From Flavobacteriales bacterium (GTDB taxonomy: Bacteria; Bacteroidota; Bacteroidia; JACJYZ01): DNA of 64,000 nucleotides. This document shows positions 19,284 to 29,188 of the stretch, one piece after another; the stretch's first letter is position 1; the number at the start of each line of letters is the position of its first letter. The notes below the pieces were generated by a model, which did not search any database, was not told where the DNA came from, and saw only the letters and a program-made list of their open reading frames with translations. The translations under genes and the position numbers were made by a program. Location of the stretch: assembly GCA_020435415.1 (NCBI GenBank), contig JAGQZQ010000002.1, forward strand, positions 26,301 through 90,300, written 5' to 3'.

Positions 19284-19955
19284 TTAAGCGTTATTATCAT
19301 TAATGGTATGTTTTGACTGTAAAAAACGGCAAAGCAGAACGGCAGTGGCAACTCCGGCTAGCGGTCCTGCCAGATAAATCCAGAAGCCATTCCAATGCCC
19401 CGACATAATTGCGGGTCCCAGTGTTCTGGCTGGATTCATGGAAGCCCCGGTAACAGGTCCGCCAAATAATGCCCCAATCGTTACCGTTGCGCCTATTGCA
19501 ATGGCTGCGGTAATGCCCTTTTCTTTTGCGCCGGTTGATACCGAAAGAATCACCATCATCAGGACAAATGTCAGGATAACTTCCACGCCCAATCCGGTGA
19601 AGTACCTGTCATTGACAGGGATCGTCTCTCCAAACGTAGCTGTTTCTGGAAACAACAACCACAACAATGCGCTTGCTGCAATCGCACCAATACCCTGCGC
19701 CAGGATATACATGGATACTTGTGATCCGGGAAATCGTCCTGCCAGACTAAACCCAATCGTTACAGCAGGATTCAGGTGTGCACCGGAAATATCACCCACC
19801 GCATAAATCATCACCATCACGATCAGACCAAACATAGCGGAGATACCGATATGCCCTAGCAATTCTCCGTAAATGCTGTTAATAACCACCGCCCCGGTGC
19901 CAAAGAACACCAGGGCGAAGGTTCCGATCAATTCAGCCACCCACTGACGTTTCAT
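19284..19955 (-). CDS. MIP-family aquaglyceroporin (AqpS-like arsenite channel)
   Basis: Two NPA boxes (HLNPAVT, NPAR) and six TM segments. Its 4-nt start overlap with the arsM stop indicates an operon. Confidence 0.8.
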   Translation of the reverse strand: MKRQWVAELIGTFALVFFGTGAVVINSIYGELLGHIGISAMFGLIVMVMIYAVGDISGAHLNPAVTIGFSLAGRFPGSQVSMYILAQGIGAIAASALLWLLFPETATFGETIPVNDRYFTGLGVEVILTFVLMMVILSVSTGAKEKGITAAIAIGATVTIGALFGGPVTGASMNPARTLGPAIMSGHWNGFWIYLAGPLAGVATAVLLCRFLQSKHTINDNNA

Positions 19956-20788
19956 GCGCAGCAGCCATCACCACAGCATGCTTCCGCTTTTCTTCCGAAA
20001 ACTGTAATGCTGTATATTCCGGTACTGCCCGAACGAAACGTTTCGATCTGATCCTTATCCATGTATTTTAAAAGAATATCATCAGGAATAAAGATGACCT
20101 TTTCCTTTTGGACCGTAATGTCTACAAATCCTGCTTTGCTGATTAAATCCAGATACGTGCCTTTCTGGATGGCACCGGATACACAACCGGCATACATCTC
20201 CGCAGCCTGCCTGATAGCTTCAGGTAATTCGCCTTCCAATACAATATCCGAAACGCTGAAGTGACCTCCCACCTTCATGATCCGGAACATTTCCGAAAAC
20301 ACGCGGGGTTTATCCGGTACCAGGTTCAGCACGCAATTGCTGACCACCACATCTGCCATTTCAGATTTCATCGGGATATTCTCCAGATCGCCAAGGCGGA
20401 ACTCAACGTTACCATAATCCAACTTGGCGGCATTGGCTTTTGCCTTGGTGATCATGGCCTCAGAGAAGTCGATACCGATCACACGCCCGTCGGCACCCGT
20501 GGCAGCCCTTGCCACAAAGGCATCGTTACCTGCTCCGGATCCAAGATCCACAACAGTATCACCCTCCTTAATTCCGGCGAATTCCGTTGGGAGTCCACAC
20601 CCGAGGCCCAGATCCGCATCAGGAACATACCCATCCATTGGGCTGTAGTCATCAGTCATTATATTATACACTTCGGTGGAGCATTCACCCGCTCCGCAAC
20701 ATGAGGACCGGTTTACGGATACCTCCTGGTTCGCAATGGCCGTATACTTCTGACGGACCATTTCCTTTAGTTCATTATTATCATTCAT
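19952..20788 (-). CDS. arsM: Arsenite S-adenosylmethionine methyltransferase
   Basis: SAM-binding VVDLGSGAG motif, N-terminal Cys pair (SSCCGAGEC) and a C-terminal Cys-rich tail characteristic of ArsM. Confidence 0.8.
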   Translation of the reverse strand: MNDNNELKEMVRQKYTAIANQEVSVNRSSCCGAGECSTEVYNIMTDDYSPMDGYVPDADLGLGCGLPTEFAGIKEGDTVVDLGSGAGNDAFVARAATGADGRVIGIDFSEAMITKAKANAAKLDYGNVEFRLGDLENIPMKSEMADVVVSNCVLNLVPDKPRVFSEMFRIMKVGGHFSVSDIVLEGELPEAIRQAAEMYAGCVSGAIQKGTYLDLISKAGFVDITVQKEKVIFIPDDILLKYMDKDQIETFRSGSTGIYSITVFGRKAEACCGDGCCA

Positions 20789-20818
20789 AACATCGCATTT
20801 AGACGATTATACATAAGC

Positions 20819-21148
20819 TCAGCAACAATCCTTCATGGATGGCTTCACATTGAAGAAAGCTTCAAATATTTCCCTGGACTTCCCCCAGGCCTCCAGATCA
20901 ATACAATAGCACACACTCTTCCCATCTACGTTCCCTTTAATAAGACCTGCGCTCTTTAATTCCTTGAGGTGCTGAGAAACGGTAGATTGCGATAAAGGCA
21001 TCTCATTCACAATGTCTCCGCAGTAACAGGATTCCTGTTCAAGCAAAAACCTCAAAATAGCCACTCTTGCAGGATGTGACAACGCTTTTGCAATCACTGC
21101 TATCCGGTTATCCCGAAGACTAAATTCATCTGACTTTGATATTCCCAT
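20819..21148 (-). CDS. arsR: ArsR/SmtB family metalloregulator
   Basis: HTH with a CxC metalloid-binding motif (ESCYCGDIV) immediately before the recognition helix. It is the first gene of the operon. Confidence 0.8.
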   Translation of the reverse strand: MGISKSDEFSLRDNRIAVIAKALSHPARVAILRFLLEQESCYCGDIVNEMPLSQSTVSQHLKELKSAGLIKGNVDGKSVCYCIDLEAWGKSREIFEAFFNVKPSMKDCC

Positions 21149-21558
21149 ATCGCAATATTACGATTAATAAGTATAACTACCAAACTTTTTTAGAAAAAAG
21201 ACACATTTGCTCTTCAAACAGGTAAGATCAACTCACATATTAGTACAATTACTTGCAGATCATTCAACAAGAAATTGGTATAAAGACAATGTTTTATAGA
21301 GAACAGGCGCCTGCAGACCTTATCTCATTCACCCGAAACAGATGGTATTCTAGCCATTTCACACACAACCCATCCTACCTCCTATTGTCTTCAACCGCCA
21401 GTACATCTAAGAAAAGACATAGTTCAGCCAGCGTGATGGATTGCTTAAAAAATTGATTTCTTACAAATGGCAAATCTCTGATCTCAATTGGCTTACATTT
21501 AGCGGTGCATAAATGACCGCTCAATAGCATACATAACTAACTTTAAAAAACAAGATTC

Positions 21559-22119
21559 ATGGAAGGAACGATTGGAGAAATCAGAATGTTCGGGGGAAAC
21601 TTTGCCCCGCGTACCTGGGCCCTGTGTGATGGTCAACTGTTACCCATCTCACAAAACACAGCGCTGTTCTCAATACTGGGAACCACCTACGGAGGAGACG
21701 GACGAACCACTTTTGCCTTGCCCGATATGAGGGGAAGGGTAGCCGTTCACGCCGGAAGCGGCCCCGGTTTATCAACTTACAGGCTCGGACAAAAAGGTGG
21801 AATTGAGCAAACCACATTAAACGTATTGAACATGCCGTCACACAATCACACGGCTGTTCCAAACCTGACCACCACGGTACAGGTAAACAATTCCGATGGA
21901 GAAGACACACGCCCGAATGGAAACTTTCTTGGACAACCTACCTCAGGTGACCTTTACATTGATTCGGCCGGAAGTAATCAAAAACTGGGTGGAGTAGCCA
22001 CCTCCGGCACCGTGGACATTGGCAACAATGGCGGCAGTCAACCATTCAGCAATGTACAGCCGTTCTGTACGGTGAATTACATCATTTGCCTGATGGGTAT
22101 TTTTCCTTCAAGAAACTAA
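21559..22119 (+). CDS. Phage tail collar domain protein (MdpB-like 'microcystin-dependent protein')
   Basis: N-terminal MEGTIGEIRMFGGNFAPRTWALCDGQLLPISQNTALFSILGTTYGGDG matches the Phage_Tail_Collar consensus. Confidence 0.8.
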   Translation: MEGTIGEIRMFGGNFAPRTWALCDGQLLPISQNTALFSILGTTYGGDGRTTFALPDMRGRVAVHAGSGPGLSTYRLGQKGGIEQTTLNVLNMPSHNHTAVPNLTTTVQVNNSDGEDTRPNGNFLGQPTSGDLYIDSAGSNQKLGGVATSGTVDIGNNGGSQPFSNVQPFCTVNYIICLMGIFPSRN

Positions 22120-22145
22120 AATCATAACCGAAAAGGAGGGGAAAT

Positions 22146-23303
22146 TTGCATCACCCCTCCTTTTTTCTTCTCTTTACATTTCTTATGGCACTGGGAATCA
22201 TATTGCCATCTTCCTCCCTTTACCCCCATTTGTCGTCCGATTTCATGAACGGACTCCGTCTGGGCCTGGGCAATCATTTGCTTTCAGATCTCTTTCATTT
22301 TGAAAGCATAGGCAAGGGATCAGACCCCGACAAGGTATCGGGAGTTATTCAGAAATTGCAGCTCCAACACGGGTGTACCCGGATCATCGCATGGTTTGCA
22401 AACCCGCTTGCTTCTTCCATTTATCCACTATTTACCGATGGCAACTGCACCCTGATACATACCAATGCAGGTGCACATCTGCCGCCTGAAGTGAATTCTC
22501 CCTACGTCGTATACCACTCCATTGATGCCTGGCAATCCACCTGGTCACTCGGAAAATACATGGCCACCCAGGGGCTTAAAAAAGTATTTTATATCGGCAC
22601 ATTTTACGACGGAGGCTACCAAACTGCCTACGCCCTGGACCAGGGACTATCAGAAGGTGGCGCTCAAATAACCGGATGGCATATTCCAAAACCTTCAGCA
22701 CCCGACTTTGGTCTGGACATTTTAAAGAGCACCATTAAAGAGTCCGATGCTCAAGCCGTATTTCTTTCCCTTTCCGATCCGGATGCCGGCCCTTTCCTTC
22801 AGATGTTGCACGAAGAAAAAATGCTGGATGCACAACCCGTATTCTGCAGTCCGCTCATGACCGCTTCGAAAGATCTGGCTTACCATGAATTCGGAACTTC
22901 ATTGACCAGCGCTACTTCCTGGATGCATGCCATTATACCCAACGAAGACAATCCGTTCGTTACCGCTTATTTGGATGCGCATCCTTCTCCCCCATCCGTA
23001 TTTGCCCTGCTTGGATATGAATGCGGATTTCTGGCAAGCCTTACCTCTGCCGGCACACCTGTAAACCAGTTGATGCATGAAAAACTGGCCACATGGAGAA
23101 GTCCACGGGGCTTTCAGCAATTTATACCGAAACTGGGGAAGACAGAATCTTCCCACCAGCTTCTGAAATGGTCCACGGGTGATACCCAGGATGCCTGGCA
23201 ATGGCTCGACATCCTTCCTTCCCCGGAAGCACTGGACGAGAAATTATTCAAAAGCCGCCAACAGGCATTCACCCTTTGGAAAGAACCCTATTTTTGCAAT
23301 TAA
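22146..23303 (+). CDS. Hypothetical protein, possibly a periplasmic-binding-protein-like fold
   Basis: 385 aa with weak N-terminal hydrophobic segment. The KVFYIGTFYDGGYQ...AQAVFLSLSD pattern is reminiscent of type-I PBPs. Low certainty. Confidence 0.35.
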   Translation: MHHPSFFLLFTFLMALGIILPSSSLYPHLSSDFMNGLRLGLGNHLLSDLFHFESIGKGSDPDKVSGVIQKLQLQHGCTRIIAWFANPLASSIYPLFTDGNCTLIHTNAGAHLPPEVNSPYVVYHSIDAWQSTWSLGKYMATQGLKKVFYIGTFYDGGYQTAYALDQGLSEGGAQITGWHIPKPSAPDFGLDILKSTIKESDAQAVFLSLSDPDAGPFLQMLHEEKMLDAQPVFCSPLMTASKDLAYHEFGTSLTSATSWMHAIIPNEDNPFVTAYLDAHPSPPSVFALLGYECGFLASLTSAGTPVNQLMHEKLATWRSPRGFQQFIPKLGKTESSHQLLKWSTGDTQDAWQWLDILPSPEALDEKLFKSRQQAFTLWKEPYFCN

Positions 23304-23328
23304 TGATGTTGATGTAAAACAAAATCCT

Positions 23329-26223
23329 ATGAAACCAAACACCTACCTGGTTTGCCTGATGAGCCTCCTGTCCACCTTCGGCGTGGCTCAAACAAATCTA
23401 CACACAGAATCCTTTGAAACAGATGGAGAAGGAAGTCGTTATACATCCGGTACATTTGCGGTGGTTTCCGGAGATTATTTTTTAAGAACCACAAGTGCAT
23501 TTGCAGATTTAGAAGGCGATGTTTCGAGCGGAATAGATGGTTCCTATTTTTGGGTGGGTGAAGATGTTGATGATGCTACCAATAACCCCTTTTCACCACA
23601 GGCCATCCTGCAATTGCAGGATATCGATGTAGCCGGTTACAGCACACTCGAATTAAAAGTTTTGCTTGCTCAAACAGAAACCCCAAATGCGGATAGATTT
23701 GAGAACAATGACGGCCTTATTTTCCAGTACGCGATGGATGGTAATATTGGCACAATCATACCCGGAAGTGGCACTACCAGCGGCACATATACGACATTTG
23801 CGACCTTCCGAGGAAATGTATCCGGAGGTTTAGGAAGTCTTGCTTTAGATACCGACATGAACGGTGTAGGAGATGGCTCTGCTGTGACCTCAACACTTCA
23901 GGACTTCACCTTGTCTATTCCGGTTACAGGATCTACTTTGTCAATTCGTATTATCATGGCACAAGATCAGGGAACAGAAGAAATATACATGGACAACCTC
24001 CGCATCGAAGGAACGGTTGCCTGCACCGATCCCGACATCCCTACCGTTACCGCAACCGCATCCACCATATGCCCGGGGGCATCCTCAACACTTCAGATAA
24101 CCGGCAGTCTCAACGATGCCACAGCCTGGAATGTCTACACCGGAAGCTGCGGTGGCAGTCTTCTGGGAACCACAGCTACTTCAAGCTTCAATGTTTCTCC
24201 GGCATCAACCACCACGTACTATATTCGCGGAGAAGGTGGGTGTGTAACCCCGGGAAGCTGCGGCACGGTTACGGTGACGGTGCAGGACAACACCGATCCG
24301 ACCATCACCTGCCCAGGTAACCAGACCCTCATTGCCAATTCATCATGCCAGGCATCCTTACCCGACTATACCGGACTTGCCACTGCATCCGATGATTGCG
24401 ATGCATCACCCACCATCACGCAATCTCCTGCACCGGGAACCACGGTCACAGGAGATGTGACTGTGACCCTGACCGCCACCGATGCCTCCGCGAACACCAA
24501 ACAATGCAATTTCAATGTCGTCTTTTCAGACACCACCCGACCTTCTATCAGTTGTCCGGGCGATCAAACGGTTTATGCAAGTGCATCCTGCCAGACTTCC
24601 TTACCTAATTACACAGGACTGGCTGTCACTACTGATAATTGTGACGGATCTCCCGTTGTGACCCAGTCCCCTACCGCGGGCAATCCTATCTCTGCGAACA
24701 CGGTTGTGACCCTGACTTCAACAGACGCCACCGGAAACACCAACACCTGTTCATTCAATGTGACCTTTTCAGACACCACCAGACCGGTCATCACCTGCCC
24801 ATCGGATCAATCCCTTTATGCGGATGTCTCCTGCCAGGCATCTTTGCCCGACTATACCGGGATGGCTTCTTCTTCCGATAATTGTGACGGATCTCCTGTG
24901 ATTACACAATCTCCTTCCGCAGGAAACATTATCACCGCGGACACAATGGTGGTGCTGACATCAACAGACGCTTCAGGCAATACCGACACCTGTTCGTTTA
25001 TGGTGCACTTTTCAGACACCACACGTCCTGTTCTGGTGTGCCCTTCGGACCAGATTGCATACGTCAACGGGTCATGCCAGGCCACCATTGGGGATTATAC
25101 AAGCTCCGTTACGCTATCGGACAACTGTGACGGTAGCCCGATACTGACACAGGCACCTCCTTCTGGAACTGTTATCACCGCAGACGCGGTCGTGACCATG
25201 ACGGCAACGGACGGCTCTGGCAATGTGGCGACATGCACGTTCAATGTATTGTTTACAGACACCACCAAACCTGTAATCACCTGTCGGACGGATACGTTGA
25301 TCTGCAATCCGGTATTCAGCTACACCCCACCGATAGGAACCGATCAGTGTGCGGGAGCCATCACCACCCAAACCGATGGCTCAGGGTATACATCAGGAAG
25401 CACATTCCCGACAGGCGAAACAGTACAGCAATATACAGTGACCGATGCCGGTGGAAATCAGGCCACCTGCCAGTTTACCGTGACCGTACCTCCCCCAAGC
25501 CAGGCCAATGCAGGCAATGACTTCTTCATTTGCAGTGCGGATGGTATGCTTGATGGAAATGTACCGCAGTACGGCACAGGAAGGTGGAAACTGATCCTGG
25601 GTTCTGCCAAGGTTCAGGACTCACTTGATCCGAAAAGTTCAATTACCGTGCTGGTTCCGCTACCCAGCGTAGCCTATTTCGAATGGTTTATTCAGGGGCC
25701 ATGTGACTCCAGCAGAGACACGGTGATGGTCACACGCTATGCGCCTGTTGAACCTACGGTAATGGTAACGGATAGTCTTCTGACCTGCAATCCGGTTGCA
25801 ACCACCTATCAATGGTTTTTAAATGGCGATACCATACCCGGCGCTACCAATAAAACATATGTTGCGCTTGTAACAGGCAGCTATACCGTTCATGTGCTGG
25901 ACACAAACGGATGTCGCGACAGTTCGGAAATTGTGAACGTAATCATCACCGGCATTGCCGATGGTGGCAATCCTTACCAGGTGGAAGTTTTCCCCAATCC
26001 GTTCAGCCAGCAGATAAACATGGGCTTTACCCTTCCCGCAGGTCAAACATACCGGATCACGATGTATAATATCCTGGGCAAAGCAGTTGCCGGAGGTACC
26101 GGTACAGCATCAGGAGGCAGACAATCACATGCGATGGATGCAGCGGCGTTGCGCCCGGGTGTGTATTTTGTTTCGTTTGAATCAGGTCAGTACAAGGTTA
26201 TGCATAAGCTGATCAGGGAGTAA
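23329..26223 (+). CDS. HYR (hyalin-repeat) domain adhesin with T9SS C-terminal sorting domain
   Basis: True start is MKPNTYLVCLMSLLSTFGVAQ, an internal start that removes the overlap with the upstream ORF. It carries five tandem ~82-aa DTTRPxIxCPxDQ...NCDGSP...C.F.V.F repeats and a C-terminal FPNPFSQQINMGF...GVYFVSFESG CTD. Confidence 0.8.
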   Translation: MKPNTYLVCLMSLLSTFGVAQTNLHTESFETDGEGSRYTSGTFAVVSGDYFLRTTSAFADLEGDVSSGIDGSYFWVGEDVDDATNNPFSPQAILQLQDIDVAGYSTLELKVLLAQTETPNADRFENNDGLIFQYAMDGNIGTIIPGSGTTSGTYTTFATFRGNVSGGLGSLALDTDMNGVGDGSAVTSTLQDFTLSIPVTGSTLSIRIIMAQDQGTEEIYMDNLRIEGTVACTDPDIPTVTATASTICPGASSTLQITGSLNDATAWNVYTGSCGGSLLGTTATSSFNVSPASTTTYYIRGEGGCVTPGSCGTVTVTVQDNTDPTITCPGNQTLIANSSCQASLPDYTGLATASDDCDASPTITQSPAPGTTVTGDVTVTLTATDASANTKQCNFNVVFSDTTRPSISCPGDQTVYASASCQTSLPNYTGLAVTTDNCDGSPVVTQSPTAGNPISANTVVTLTSTDATGNTNTCSFNVTFSDTTRPVITCPSDQSLYADVSCQASLPDYTGMASSSDNCDGSPVITQSPSAGNIITADTMVVLTSTDASGNTDTCSFMVHFSDTTRPVLVCPSDQIAYVNGSCQATIGDYTSSVTLSDNCDGSPILTQAPPSGTVITADAVVTMTATDGSGNVATCTFNVLFTDTTKPVITCRTDTLICNPVFSYTPPIGTDQCAGAITTQTDGSGYTSGSTFPTGETVQQYTVTDAGGNQATCQFTVTVPPPSQANAGNDFFICSADGMLDGNVPQYGTGRWKLILGSAKVQDSLDPKSSITVLVPLPSVAYFEWFIQGPCDSSRDTVMVTRYAPVEPTVMVTDSLLTCNPVATTYQWFLNGDTIPGATNKTYVALVTGSYTVHVLDTNGCRDSSEIVNVIITGIADGGNPYQVEVFPNPFSQQINMGFTLPAGQTYRITMYNILGKAVAGGTGTASGGRQSHAMDAAALRPGVYFVSFESGQYKVMHKLIRE
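24283..25495 (+). repeat. Five tandem 246-bp near-identical DNA repeats encoding HYR domains
   Basis: Period-246 repetition is visible in the protein (DTTRP...) and in the mirrored spurious minus-strand ORFs. Confidence 0.8.
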
Positions 26224-27185
26224 TGAAGGTTGCCGTATTTTTAAATTCTTACCTGGGCATTCCGGCGCTGGAAGAGATCCATCGATCCGGCATGCTGGGT
26301 CTGGTGGTCATTCCATCTGTGAATCACAGTGGAACGATCCGTGTTCAGGATATGATCAATGAAGGGAACCTTCCTTATGTCAGGGTCAGCCAGGACGACA
26401 TGTCAACCAGGTTACCCGATATAATGCGTAAGGCAAATATTGACATCACGCTGGTATTCACATTCCCTTACCGCATTCCTGAAAATGTTCTGAATGCGCC
26501 CATCCTTGGGAGCATCAATTTTCATTTCGGAAAGCTACCAAAGTATCGCGGTGCCGAACCGGTTTTCTGGCAGATACGGAACGGAGAAAAAGAAGGCGCC
26601 ATTGCCGTACATCGCATGACAGCAGACCTCGATGCAGGCCCCGTTTATCTCCAAAAAACACAACCGATTTCTCCCGGAGAGACACATGGGCTTCACATGA
26701 TCAGACTGGCATTTCGCGCTGTTGAAGTACTGAAAGAGGCGTGGCCCATGATTACCGACCCGGCATTTCTACCCATCCCTCAGGAACGCTACGAAGGGCG
26801 GCATGCGAACAAACCCAGGTTGAACGACCTGTTGGTCGACTGGACATGCGATGCGGAAGATATTGCCGCACTGGTACGGTCCTGCAATCCCTGGAACCGC
26901 GGGGCAATCGCCTCCTTCAAAGGCATGGAGATCCGAATTACGCAGGTTTCGCCGCTACCTTCACATGGAGCGAATCCTGCTTCCCCGGGAACTATTCTCA
27001 CTTCCAATGAGGTGGATGGTGTAACCATCCAATGCGGCTCGTCCACGTGTGTCCGGCTTGATGTGGTCTCTATGGACGAAGGCATCATGACAGGCATAGC
27101 CCTTTCAAGGCTTGGCTTTCCGGCAGGCGATCGGTTTGAAAATCTTGCCAAACGCACTCCACCTGTACATTCAGATCCCATTTAA
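26223..27185 (+). CDS. Formyltransferase family protein (methionyl-tRNA formyltransferase-like)
   Basis: 320 aa with the N-terminal Formyl_trans_N pattern (SINFHFGKLPKYRGAEPVFW) and a C-terminal domain. Confidence 0.65.
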   Translation: MKVAVFLNSYLGIPALEEIHRSGMLGLVVIPSVNHSGTIRVQDMINEGNLPYVRVSQDDMSTRLPDIMRKANIDITLVFTFPYRIPENVLNAPILGSINFHFGKLPKYRGAEPVFWQIRNGEKEGAIAVHRMTADLDAGPVYLQKTQPISPGETHGLHMIRLAFRAVEVLKEAWPMITDPAFLPIPQERYEGRHANKPRLNDLLVDWTCDAEDIAALVRSCNPWNRGAIASFKGMEIRITQVSPLPSHGANPASPGTILTSNEVDGVTIQCGSSTCVRLDVVSMDEGIMTGIALSRLGFPAGDRFENLAKRTPPVHSDPI

Positions 27186-27212
27186 GGGCACACCTTTCCG
27201 GAATGCCCTTAA
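27182..27212. terminator. Bidirectional hairpin between convergent genes
   Basis: ttaagggca-N13-tgcccttaa, a perfect 9-bp stem. Confidence 0.45.
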
Positions 27213-27248
27213 ATGGTCATGAAAATTTATTGAAACCGGGAACGCTCT

Positions 27249-27677
27249 TCAGGCAATCTCCACCAGGGTGATCTCAAATGTCAGATCTTTTCCTGCCAGT
27301 GGATGATTGGCATCCACAACAATGCTCTCCTCTTTCACTTCGGTTACGGTAACCACCATAGGCTGGCCACTGTCTTGCTGCGCCTGCAACTGCATACCGA
27401 TCTCAGGTTTTAGCTCAGGCGGCAGGTTGGACTTGGCAACCTCTCCGATCAACTCTTCACGCACAGGACCATAAGCCTCGGCCGAAGGAATATTAACGGT
27501 TTTGTTCTCGCTTATGGACATTCCAACAACCGCCTGATCAAAACCAGGGATCACTTGTCCTTCTCCTACTGTAAACTCCAGAGGATCGCGTCCTTCTGAG
27601 GAGTCGAAAACTTCGCCGTTCTGAAGCGTTCCTTTATAGTGAACTTTTACGGTGTCTTTGTCTTTAGCTACGCTCAT
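27249..27677 (-). CDS. FKBP-type peptidyl-prolyl cis-trans isomerase (SlyD/FkpB-like)
   Basis: 142 aa. KVHYKGTLQNGEVFDSS...PLEFTVGEGQVIPGFDQAVVGM is the FKBP signature. Confidence 0.85.
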   Translation of the reverse strand: MSVAKDKDTVKVHYKGTLQNGEVFDSSEGRDPLEFTVGEGQVIPGFDQAVVGMSISENKTVNIPSAEAYGPVREELIGEVAKSNLPPELKPEIGMQLQAQQDSGQPMVVTVTEVKEESIVVDANHPLAGKDLTFEITLVEIA

Positions 27678-27803
27678 GATTGTAAATTAATCGATGTTGG
27701 CAGTCGTCTTTCGACTGCTTCCTTAGGGGGTCCTGTGGCGGCATAGCTTTTTCCGGCACGGGAGTATAAAGGTATGGAAAACATGGAGGAGAGCAAATTT
27801 GGG

Positions 27804-27887
<84 letters not shown>

Positions 27888-28113
27888 GGTTAGCAAATTT
27901 GTTGGCATTGGGTTTTGTATTAATAATTAGTGAATACAAAATTCGATGAATGTGCTTACCTCTTCTGTTCCGTCAATGTTGTATTGTCAATGCATGCAGG
28001 ATACTCAACATGTTTGAGCCATTTTTGCATTTGATAAATCATTCAATTATTCGACGTATGATTCGCGCCGGTATATCTAATTGTCTAATTTCATCCCCGA
28101 ACTTACAAATGCC

Positions 28114-28503
28114 ATGAAAAAATCATCCTTCATACTCGGAATGGCAGCCCTGCTGCTCATCCTTGCAGCTGCCACCAACCCTTCTTCAGAAAAACACCGT
28201 GATGCGGTAAAATCCAAAGTGGAAAAGAAATTCAAAGACGTGGACAAGGAAAATAAACCGGAAAGTGCGCTGGGACGAATGGGCAAATCTTTGGGGCTGA
28301 TGTTCGGAAAAGCATTCATGAATGAGATTACCGATAAGCTGGTGGACTGCGACAACTACATCTTCTTCTCCCTCACCAAGGTAAAAACCGACAACGGGGA
28401 ACGGGTGATCGGCATGGGGATTTTCGGTCATGTGTTCTTATCTGAAAAAGTGGACCAGGCCATCAATGGCGAACTATCCGAAGATGACTGGGAATCATTG
28501 TAA
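28114..28503 (+). CDS. Hypothetical exported protein (DUF4359-like)
   Basis: Signal peptide MKKSSFILGMAALLLILAAA. Confidence 0.45.
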   Translation: MKKSSFILGMAALLLILAAATNPSSEKHRDAVKSKVEKKFKDVDKENKPESALGRMGKSLGLMFGKAFMNEITDKLVDCDNYIFFSLTKVKTDNGERVIGMGIFGHVFLSEKVDQAINGELSEDDWESL

Positions 28504-28765
28504 TTAACCGCTTGAATTCTTAACCTCCATGAAACAATATCCTCCACTGCAAATTGCAACAGCCGTTGGGTTGGTGCTTATCGCTTCTTTGCTTATCCAA
28601 ATGGCCATGGATATTTCTCCGGTTTACTCTTCCACGATCTTGAAAGCCTTCAGTATGAATTTCCTGATCTTCTTTATTGATCACGATCAAAAACCAAAAC
28701 TCACAAAAAGTATGAGCACACTCGCTTTTGACACATAAATATATGTAACACCTAACCTCCGAAAA

Positions 28766-29188
28766 ATGAACCTCCACACCACAAACTACACAAACACATT
28801 TATTACAGTAGCAGAAGATTGCCCGGCTAAAACAGGCGAAATCCCACCGGCAGAAAAAGACAGATTAACTGCAGCAGCCATACAACATGAATGCATTATC
28901 AAACATCCATACCAGTACACATCGGATGACATTCTGTTTTTGGTCTATGCCCTGCACAACGAACTCAGCCTGTCGGAATATGACACCGCCAGAGAAGTGT
29001 TCTTCTCCAAGGATCAGCCATGTTTCAGATCCTCCCCTTTGCCCAGACGCTATGGATGGGGAGTGCATTTTGATGCACGAGGCAAGATCGCCATTTATGG
29101 AATGGAAACACCGGACTACAAGAAATTCGCGGAAGACAGGAACCTGAATGTGATACAAGCCATGCGATCCTCCAAGCTTATCAGATGA
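28766..29188 (+). CDS. Hypothetical cytoplasmic protein (DUF6157-like)
   Basis: 140-aa ORF, with a 4-nt overlap with the downstream MFS gene. Confidence 0.4.
   Translation: MNLHTTNYTNTFITVAEDCPAKTGEIPPAEKDRLTAAAIQHECIIKHPYQYTSDDILFLVYALHNELSLSEYDTAREVFFSKDQPCFRSSPLPRRYGWGVHFDARGKIAIYGMETPDYKKFAEDRNLNVIQAMRSSKLIR

Noticed and set aside
21149-21260. Near-palindrome tcgcaatattacga upstream of arsR considered as an ArsR operator
   Set aside because: The palindrome is imperfect (2 mismatches in 14) and its position relative to the promoter is unknown, so it is not strong enough to call.
22146-23303. 125-nt overlap between ORF 22146..23303 and ORF 23179..26223, considered as a frameshift
   Set aside because: The downstream gene has an internal Met at 23329 followed by a textbook signal peptide (MKPNTYLVCLMSLLSTFGVAQ), which removes the overlap. 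The case differs from the 39160 overlap, where native-looking sequence is read in both frames.
28529-28738. 69-aa ORF with one hydrophobic segment
   Set aside because: No supporting motif or context, so it could be a chance ORF in the intergenic region.
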